DNA of 64,000 nucleotides from an uncultured Bacilli bacterium (GTDB lineage Bacteria; Bacillota_I; Bacilli_A; RF39; UBA660): NCBI GenBank assembly GCA_947632325.1, contig CANROU010000001.1, positions 7,997 to 71,996 of the forward strand, read 5' to 3'. Shown piece by piece: positions 57,356 to 64,000 of this stretch (position 1 is its first letter; each line of letters starts with the position of its first letter). The notes under the pieces were generated by a model. It saw only the letters and a program-made list of their open reading frames with translations, ran no database searches and was not told where the DNA came from. The position numbers and the translations under genes were made by a program.

Positions 57356-58857
57356 TATTGAAACAACAGCATTGGGTTCATAGCTGTTCCTCCCCTATAT
57401 GGATAACCACCGCGCCACAAGCCAAGGTGAAGGTGTGTTCCTGTTGCCCATCCACTATGTCCCATAGCACCAATAATTTGTCCTTTAGTTACAGTTTGTC
57501 CGGCACTTACATAACGAGCTGACATATGTAAATATGTTGTAATATAACCATTGCCATGATCAATATATATATAATGTCCATTAGGCCAACTTTGATATTC
57601 GCTAGTTATAACTGTTCCATTACCAACTGCTCTAATTGGTGATCCTTCTCCTGTTCCAGATATATCTAAACCATCATGAAGTTGTCCCCAGCGCCATTCA
57701 AAACGAGAAGTAATAATGTATGGTGTATTAGTAGGCCATGCCCAATCTCCAACACCTGGAACATAATATCCGCTATTTCCACCTCTTACTACGATTTCAT
57801 TTACAACAGGTTTAACTTCTTCAGTACTAGCAATAACCGCTGAAATTATTTCACCATTGGCCATTTGAATTTTTTTTGTAACACGATTAAGCCCATTTTG
57901 TCCAGCTTGTAATACTTTGGTTTGTCCAATTAACATATTGTTATCATATCTTACTTCTGTCTCGTATTTTTGCTCTTCTTCTTCAACGACATGATCTTCC
58001 TCAATGGTTCTAAATTTAGGTTGTAAAATGCCTAATGTGACTTCTTGTCCTGGAAATAACAAACTATCTGTGTTTTTAAAAGTAGGATTAGCAATTAAAA
58101 ATTCTTCTGAAGAAATTTTATTAGCGAAAGACACATCCTCTATAGTATCTCCTTCCTTAACCACATATTTTTGTTGGGCTTCCAAAGTACCAAATAATAA
58201 ATACTTACTTAAATCTTCTTCATTAGTAAAAATCATTTTGTCTGTAGGAATATTATCTTTTTGAATTGTAATAGCATTTTCAATATGAATATCTTCAATA
58301 TATTTACCCGTATCTACAATTTCTGCTTGTGTTTCGTTTATATAAGCATCTAATTCTTTACTATCAATAAAAGAACGAATTGTTTTATCAACAGAATTAG
58401 TAAAGATTTTCTTATCTAATACGTATATTTTTTCATCTTTTGTTCTCTCAGTTTTACCTTCTTCATTTTTTTGTTCAATTCCAGAAATAGTAACAACATA
58501 ACCATTAATTGTAAAAGGAGTAATATCTTTTATTTTATTATATATATAGTCTGTAGAGTATATTTTTTCATCATATGTTATTTCTTTAACAATATCTAAA
58601 TCTTTGGGAGGATAAACTTTTTTTACTTGATATTTTTCTTTCAAAGCTTCTTGCTCTTTATCAATATGCTGTTCAAGATCTGTTTTAGAAGAAATTAAAC
58701 CTAAAGATTTACCTTCTAAATAAACACGATAACATTCCTTGGGTTCTTTTCTATAGTTAGTATCAAATCCCATAAATAATAATCCCGCACTGAAAAGAGC
58801 ACAAAAGGCAACATAAAATATCATTTTTTTAGTCATTATTATCACTCGTCCTTTCAC
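57355..58857 (-). CDS. membrane-anchored LysM + M23 peptidoglycan metalloendopeptidase
   Basis: N-terminal TM helix, a LysM domain (VVKEGDTIEDVSFANKISSEEFLIANP) and a C-terminal LytM domain with HLHLGLW. Confidence 0.65.
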   Translation of the reverse strand: MKGRVIIMTKKMIFYVAFCALFSAGLLFMGFDTNYRKEPKECYRVYLEGKSLGLISSKTDLEQHIDKEQEALKEKYQVKKVYPPKDLDIVKEITYDEKIYSTDYIYNKIKDITPFTINGYVVTISGIEQKNEEGKTERTKDEKIYVLDKKIFTNSVDKTIRSFIDSKELDAYINETQAEIVDTGKYIEDIHIENAITIQKDNIPTDKMIFTNEEDLSKYLLFGTLEAQQKYVVKEGDTIEDVSFANKISSEEFLIANPTFKNTDSLLFPGQEVTLGILQPKFRTIEEDHVVEEEEQKYETEVRYDNNMLIGQTKVLQAGQNGLNRVTKKIQMANGEIISAVIASTEEVKPVVNEIVVRGGNSGYYVPGVGDWAWPTNTPYIITSRFEWRWGQLHDGLDISGTGEGSPIRAVGNGTVITSEYQSWPNGHYIYIDHGNGYITTYLHMSARYVSAGQTVTKGQIIGAMGHSGWATGTHLHLGLWRGGYPYRGGTAMNPMLLFQ

Positions 58858-60205
58858 CGCGTGATTCTTTCTTTAAATTTACAAATGTGCTGGTATTCTT
58901 TTTAAATAATAATTCAATAGTTCCCGTGGGACCGTTACGATGTTTGCCAATTATAAATTCACTAACACTACTATTATCATCAAGACGAGCTTCTTTATTA
59001 TAATAATCATCACGATATAGGAAAGAAACAATATCGGCATCTTGTTCGATGGAACCAGATTCTCTTAAATCACTCATAAGCGGTCTTTTGTCTTCTCGTG
59101 ATTCAACAGCACGTGATAACTGAGCCAAGGCTATAACAGGAACATGAAGCTCCATTGCCATTGTTTTTAAAGATCTGGAAATATCTGATACTTCTTGTTG
59201 ACGGTTATTACCATAGCCTCGGCCTCCAGATATTAATTGTAAGTAATCAATAATAACAGCGGATAAACCTTGTTCACTACTAGCAAGTCGTCGACATTTT
59301 GACCTTATTTCACTAATAGTTATCCCTGGAGTATCATCTATATACATCTTAGACGTACTAAGTTGACTAATGGCTTCATTTACCCTTTTCCAATCATTAT
59401 TATTCAATTTACCTGTACGTAATTTATATCCTTCAATTTGGCCAAGAGAAGAAATAATTCTCATAGCTAACTGTTCTGCTCCCATTTCTAAATTAAATAA
59501 AGCTACAGATTTTTCGTTGTTTAAGGACATATAGGTGGCCATATTTAAAGCAAATGCTGTTTTTCCCATAGCGGGACGAGCCGCCACAATAATAAGCTCA
59601 TTTTCATGTAAACCAGCGGTAAGTCGATCAATATCATACCATCCTGTGGCTACTCCTGTAATTTCACCTTGATTCTGGGATAATTTTTCTAAATCAAGTT
59701 GTGTTTTAGCCATGATATCCTGAATAGTTCGAAACTCACCTGAATTACGATTACGAATTATTCCTAAAATCTTTTTTTCAGCACTATCTAATACCTCATT
59801 AATTTCTTCTTCTGTATTATATCCCAAAGTAACAATATCAGTGGCTGTTTCAATCAAATGTCTAAGCAAAGCCATATCCTCTACTGTTTTAATATAATAA
59901 TCAACATTGGCTGCCGTAGGAACAAAATTAACTATTTCTGTTAAATATTCTACTCCTCCTACATTTTGTAATTGATGTTTTTTCTTTAAATTGGTGGTTA
60001 CAGTAGTAAAGTCAATAGGTACTTGCTTTTCTTGTAATTCTTTTAAGCAAAGAAAAATTTTAGCATTTTTTTCATCATAAAAAGATGTTTCATCTAATTT
60101 TTCGCATGCTCTTTGACAAGCGTATTTTGATAGAAAACATGCTCCTAAAACAGATTGCTCTGCCTCTAAATCATTTGGGATTGTTTTTACTGGCATGATA
60201 ATCAC
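58829..60205 (-). CDS. dnaB: replicative DNA helicase (DnaB family; dnaC in B. subtilis)
   Basis: N-terminal DnaB domain (PNDLEAEQSVLGA). RecA-like Walker A ARPAMGKTAF. The start may be at MPVKT. Confidence 0.9.
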   Translation of the reverse strand: MIIMPVKTIPNDLEAEQSVLGACFLSKYACQRACEKLDETSFYDEKNAKIFLCLKELQEKQVPIDFTTVTTNLKKKHQLQNVGGVEYLTEIVNFVPTAANVDYYIKTVEDMALLRHLIETATDIVTLGYNTEEEINEVLDSAEKKILGIIRNRNSGEFRTIQDIMAKTQLDLEKLSQNQGEITGVATGWYDIDRLTAGLHENELIIVAARPAMGKTAFALNMATYMSLNNEKSVALFNLEMGAEQLAMRIISSLGQIEGYKLRTGKLNNNDWKRVNEAISQLSTSKMYIDDTPGITISEIRSKCRRLASSEQGLSAVIIDYLQLISGGRGYGNNRQQEVSDISRSLKTMAMELHVPVIALAQLSRAVESREDKRPLMSDLRESGSIEQDADIVSFLYRDDYYNKEARLDDNSSVSEFIIGKHRNGPTGTIELLFKKNTSTFVNLKKESRGERTSDNND

Positions 60206-60206
60206 C

Positions 60207-60647
60207 TCACTTTACTACATGAACTTTTATTTTAGCAACAATATCTTTATATAATTGTATATCTACATCATGAAAGCCAAGGGTACTAATAGCATTTTTC
60301 ATACTTATTTGTTTTTTGTCAATATGGTACCCTAGTTTCTCTAATTGTTCTTTTATTTGCTTTGGACTAACACTACCAAAACATTTATCATTAATACCAA
60401 CTTTTACTTTTATTTGTAAAACCACTTTATCTAAGGTCTCTTTTGTTTTCATAGCCGCTTTTATTAATTTTGCTTCTTGTTGCTGATGATTTTTTTCTTC
60501 TTCGTGTAGTTTTCCTAAATTAGTTTCATTTAATTGAACAGCATAACCTTTTTTTATTAAAAAGTTTTGCGCATATCCGTCTTTGACATTTTTGATTTCA
60601 CCTTTTTTTCCTTGATTTTTCAAATCTTTGATGAAAATTACTTTCAT
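60207..60647 (-). CDS. rplI: 50S ribosomal protein L9
   Basis: [30 protein letters not shown]. Confidence 0.9.
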   Translation of the reverse strand: MKVIFIKDLKNQGKKGEIKNVKDGYAQNFLIKKGYAVQLNETNLGKLHEEEKNHQQQEAKLIKAAMKTKETLDKVVLQIKVKVGINDKCFGSVSPKQIKEQLEKLGYHIDKKQISMKNAISTLGFHDVDIQLYKDIVAKIKVHVVK

Positions 60648-61663
60648 ATTTTATCAGTCCTTTGTAATGAAATTTGTTTTTTCAATAAACGTTCTATTTT
60701 ATCAATACTACTATTTTCTATTTTAGCTGCAGCATTATATGTATCACCGCCACCACCTAAGGGTTCTAAAATATTTTGAATTGCAATATTTCCCATTGAT
60801 CTTGCACTAATTCCAATGGTATTTTTAGCTATTTTACCTATAACAAAAGAACATTCTATTTCGTTAAATAATAATAATGTATCAGCTATTTTAGCTAAAT
60901 CTTCGCGCCTATAAGTTATAGTAGGAGGACTAACTGCTAGGGCTATATTCTTATATATTATTTTTACATCAGTAATAGTCTTTTGTCTTTCAATATACTG
61001 TTTTAAATCTTGCTTTAATAGGTATTGTACTTTTCTAGGATCAGCTCCTAAATTAGTTAAATAGTAGGCTGTAAAATAAGTTTTAGCTGTGGTCTTTAGA
61101 ATAAAATTATTAGTATCTAAAACTATTCCTGATAATAAAATAGTACTAAATAATTCATTGGTTTTCATATTATAACTAGCAATTAATTCTGTAATCATTT
61201 CAGAGGTACTTGAGGCATTTGTATCTATAATAATTAGGCCATCTTTTATGGATTGCTGATTTTCATCATGATGATCTATAACTATATGATTATCTATTAA
61301 TTTCAGTAGGTCCTCACTTGGTAATAAGAATGGTTTATTGGTATCTAAAATAATTAACAAATTTTTGTTATTGTTTTTGTCTAGATTATCTTTTACTTGT
61401 TGTGTAGAAATTATTTCCACTTGATCCTTTATTAAGGATAATACTTTTTCAACACCTAATTCATTTTTTTTGTCGTTGGTTACTAAAAAGCATTTTTTTC
61501 TTTTATGTATCAATAATTCATACATTCCTACAGAACTGCCCAAGGCATCTAAATCTAAGTCTTGATGTGCAACAATAAAGACGGTGGATGCTTTCCTTAA
61601 ATATTTATTAATTTTATGACGATAATCTAAAATACCCATGTCTACCTCCTGACAATTTCTCAT
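60644..61663 (-). CDS. DHH/DHHA1-family phosphoesterase (NrnA/GdpP-like catalytic module without sensor domains)
   Basis: DHH motifs ([26 protein letters not shown]) and a GGGH-like DHHA1 motif (LGGGGD). It sits in the position of yybT upstream of rplI. Confidence 0.65.
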   Translation of the reverse strand: MRNCQEVDMGILDYRHKINKYLRKASTVFIVAHQDLDLDALGSSVGMYELLIHKRKKCFLVTNDKKNELGVEKVLSLIKDQVEIISTQQVKDNLDKNNNKNLLIILDTNKPFLLPSEDLLKLIDNHIVIDHHDENQQSIKDGLIIIDTNASSTSEMITELIASYNMKTNELFSTILLSGIVLDTNNFILKTTAKTYFTAYYLTNLGADPRKVQYLLKQDLKQYIERQKTITDVKIIYKNIALAVSPPTITYRREDLAKIADTLLLFNEIECSFVIGKIAKNTIGISARSMGNIAIQNILEPLGGGGDTYNAAAKIENSSIDKIERLLKKQISLQRTDKI

Positions 61664-61919
61664 TTTATTATACTACAAAAAAACTGCGATGTCATTTTTT
61701 TTAACAGGCAGATTATTTATTTTATTAATTGTTTATCTTTACTTGTGATTTTCTTTTGACATTTACCAAGTATTATTCTTACTTGCTTTATATTTGTAAA
61801 ATATTTTCTAATTATAGAATAGTTGATGAGAATTATTTCTCCTTAAAGGTAATATATAAAAATTTGAGAATATTCTTTATCTTTAATCTTTCGTATCAAA
61901 AAAAAGAGCATTTACTGCC

Positions 61920-62138
61920 CTATTTTGTATATGGTAATAATCCTATTGCTCTTGCACGTTTAATTTGTGTAGCAATATATCTTTGATGTTTAGCACATGC
62001 ACCAGTGATACGTCTTGGTAATATTTTACCTTTTTCGTTAATATATCTTTTTAAAGTTTCTACATCTTTATAATTAATATCTTTACCAGTGCACATGTAA
62101 CATACTTTTTTCTTTTTACGATAAAATCCTTCTGCCAT
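61920..62138 (-). CDS. rpsR: 30S ribosomal protein S18
   Basis: ...[29 protein letters not shown]. Confidence 0.9.
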   Translation of the reverse strand: MAEGFYRKKKKVCYMCTGKDINYKDVETLKRYINEKGKILPRRITGACAKHQRYIATQIKRARAIGLLPYTK

Positions 62139-62153
62139 TATTTTTCCTCCTTT

Positions 62154-62624
62154 TTAGAATGGTAATTCATCATCACTAATTTCTATATTGGAACCAAAAT
62201 CTGCGAAAGGGTCAGTGGATACATCTGTAGTTTTTGTTGGTGCTTCATTGGCAAAATCATAAGGTGTTGGATTATCTTTGGCATTGTTGGTTGTTAAATC
62301 AGCTTTGTTTTTAGAATCTAAAAATTGAACATTATCAGCAACAACTTCTGTTACATATCTTTTTTTACCATCTTCACCATCATAACTACGTGTTTGAATT
62401 CGACCATCTACAGCAATTTGACTTCCTTGACTTAAATAATTCTTAATATTTTCGGCTTGTTTTCTCCAAACAACAATATTGATAAAGTCTGCTTCTCTTT
62501 CACCTGCTTGGTTAGTAAATGGTCTATTTACCGCAAGAGAAAAAGTAGCAACCGCAACATTGCTTCCAGTATACCTTAATTCTGGATCTCTTGTAAGACG
62601 CCCTATTAAAAATACTTTATTCAT
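62154..62624 (-). CDS. ssb: single-stranded DNA-binding protein
   Basis: OB-fold N-terminus ([19 protein letters not shown]) and the acidic C-terminal tail DDELPF. Confidence 0.9.
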   Translation of the reverse strand: MNKVFLIGRLTRDPELRYTGSNVAVATFSLAVNRPFTNQAGEREADFINIVVWRKQAENIKNYLSQGSQIAVDGRIQTRSYDGEDGKKRYVTEVVADNVQFLDSKNKADLTTNNAKDNPTPYDFANEAPTKTTDVSTDPFADFGSNIEISDDELPF

Positions 62625-62627
62625 ATT

Positions 62628-62930
62628 TTACCTCTTTTCTTCTGTATCAACTTTGATAATTAAACTGCGAATAATATCTTCGTTAATTTTTGAAAGACGA
62701 TCAAATTCTTGAGTAGCTTTAGCATCTTCAGCTTCTACTACATATAAGAAATAATATCCCGTTTTATATTTGTTCATCTCATAAGCTAATTCTTTTTGTC
62801 CCATTTGCTTTTCTTCGATGATAGTAGCTTTGTTATTAATTAAGATTTGTTTCATTTCTTCAGCTACCTTATTAATATTAGCTTCCTCTAAATCAGGTTT
62901 TACGATGAACATAACTTCATATCTTTTCAT
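62628..62930 (-). CDS. rpsF: 30S ribosomal protein S6
   Basis: MKRYEVMFIVKPDLEE... The rpsF-ssb-rpsR operon is conserved. Confidence 0.9.
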   Translation of the reverse strand: MKRYEVMFIVKPDLEEANINKVAEEMKQILINNKATIIEEKQMGQKELAYEMNKYKTGYYFLYVVEAEDAKATQEFDRLSKINEDIIRSLIIKVDTEEKR

Positions 62931-63061
62931 GTTCTACACCTCCTTCTGGACTAATGGCCACTTATAGTGGCAAGGAGTATTTTTAATACTCGGTTGTATT
63001 ATATCAAATATCTTTTTTTTTGTCCATAATTTTATTAATTCTCTTTAATATATGCTTTAGA

Positions 63062-63799
63062 TTATATCTTAATACGGTTATCCTTGAGTTTGCTTCTTTG
63101 TTTTTTCTTACAAACATAGATAAATTCATTGAATAATTTGTCAGCATATTCATCATACTTTACCATACTTTTTACCATACTTTCTGGATGCCACTGTACT
63201 CCTATGTTAAAGGTATTAGTATTTAATTCAATGGCTTCTATTAAACCATCTTCACTTTTAGCTGATATAGTATAGATATGGCTTGGTAGTACATGATAAT
63301 GGTGATGTGAATTAACTTTAATTTGTTCACTACCTAATATTTTATATAAGTGACTATTTTTATTAATGGTTACAGAATGAACATAATCTTTATCTTGATA
63401 ATGATTTATTCCTGCCTCTTCATTTTTTTCGTTTAATATTTCTTTTTTATAATTTGCCATTACTTGCATGCCAAGGCATATACCTAAAATAGGAATATCG
63501 TGCTTAATAGCGTAATCTAATACAAAAAAATCATATTCAAACATTTTATGACCCCCGGGCATAATAATACCATCACAAATATTTAACATGGTCCTTAAAT
63601 CTTGCTTTTCTTGATCAGTAAGAACTTTATTATCTTTTACTTTAATTTCGTTATAATTAACTAGTTGTGGCGGTAAAATTAAAAAGGGTATGGCACCATA
63701 TTGAATAACAACTTGACGGTATTTCTCTTCTATTATTAAGCTATTTAGGGAATCAGGCTCACTTACTCTAGCTACAATTCCAATTACAGGTTTCTTCAT
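63062..63799 (-). CDS. class I glutamine amidotransferase-like hydrolase (gamma-glutamyl-GABA hydrolase / peptidase C26 family)
   Basis: Nucleophile elbow GICLGMQ and the His region (VQWHPE). Confidence 0.6.
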   Translation of the reverse strand: MKKPVIGIVARVSEPDSLNSLIIEEKYRQVVIQYGAIPFLILPPQLVNYNEIKVKDNKVLTDQEKQDLRTMLNICDGIIMPGGHKMFEYDFFVLDYAIKHDIPILGICLGMQVMANYKKEILNEKNEEAGINHYQDKDYVHSVTINKNSHLYKILGSEQIKVNSHHHYHVLPSHIYTISAKSEDGLIEAIELNTNTFNIGVQWHPESMVKSMVKYDEYADKLFNEFIYVCKKKQRSKLKDNRIKI

Positions 63800-63813
63800 A
63801 ACTATACAACCTT

Positions 63814-64000
63814 CTATACATTAAACCTAAAATGACAAATATCGCCATCTTGAACGAGATAATCCTTACCTTCTATTCTGGCTTTACCAGCTTCTCTCAC
63901 TTTTAGTTCGCTTCCACAATTAATTAAATCAGTATAACTCATCACTTCGGCTTTTATAAATCCTTTTTCAAAATCACTATGAATAATACCTGCACATTCC
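63814..64000 (-). CDS. ychF: ribosome-binding ATPase YchF (3' end only; C-terminal TGS domain)
   Basis: Minus-strand translation ...[61 protein letters not shown] matches the YchF C-terminus. ychF lies upstream of rpsF in B. subtilis. Confidence 0.75.
   Translation of the reverse strand, partial: ECAGIIHSDFEKGFIKAEVMSYTDLINCGSELKVREAGKARIEGKDYLVQDGDICHFRFNV

Overview
This is a low-GC (~27-28%) Firmicutes chromosomal segment. Gene order and content suggest a spore-forming member of the Bacilli/Erysipelotrichia lineage, not Clostridia. There is B. subtilis-like synteny (ychF-rpsF-ssb-rpsR, dnaB-rplI-DHH, prfA-prmC-spoIIR, fba-murA, mbl-spoIIID, hpf-secA-prfB). The RNA polymerase delta subunit rpoE is present. 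Sporulation genes spoIIID, spoIIR and gerQ are scattered through the window. Two accessory regions stand out.

(1) Positions 571-17250 hold a type VIIb secretion (T7SS) / polymorphic-toxin locus, all on the minus strand. It encodes EsaB/YukD, the EssC ATPase (1531 aa), two EsxA-like WXG100 proteins, a WXG-like protein fused to a LysM domain, three large toxins with an LXG-like N-terminal domain, small candidate immunity genes, and three DUF4176-like paralogs. Each toxin operon is preceded by a conserved promoter-like element. In it a homopolymeric G tract (9-10 G on the coding strand) lies inside the spacer between a TTGACA -35 and a TATAAT -10. This is a strong candidate for slipped-strand phase variation of T7SS and toxin expression. 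The LXG2 and LXG3 5' ends plus their promoters form a ~440 bp near-identical direct repeat.

(2) Positions ~23.9-29.7 kb hold a degraded mobile/defence island inserted between the normally adjacent secA and prfB. It carries an IS30-family element whose transposase frame is interrupted by a single in-frame TGA, a Fic-domain protein, a GNAT acetyltransferase, an N-terminal fragment of a tyrosine integrase, and an AbiEi/AbiEii abortive-infection pair.

Other notable features are an agr-type quorum-sensing locus (agrB, an unannotated 39-aa agrD, convergent agrC-agrA), prfB with its programmed +1 frameshift, a GC-rich IS200/IS605 insertion, and an FtsEX module next to a coiled-coil M23 peptidase. 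No rRNA, tRNA or CRISPR array was seen.
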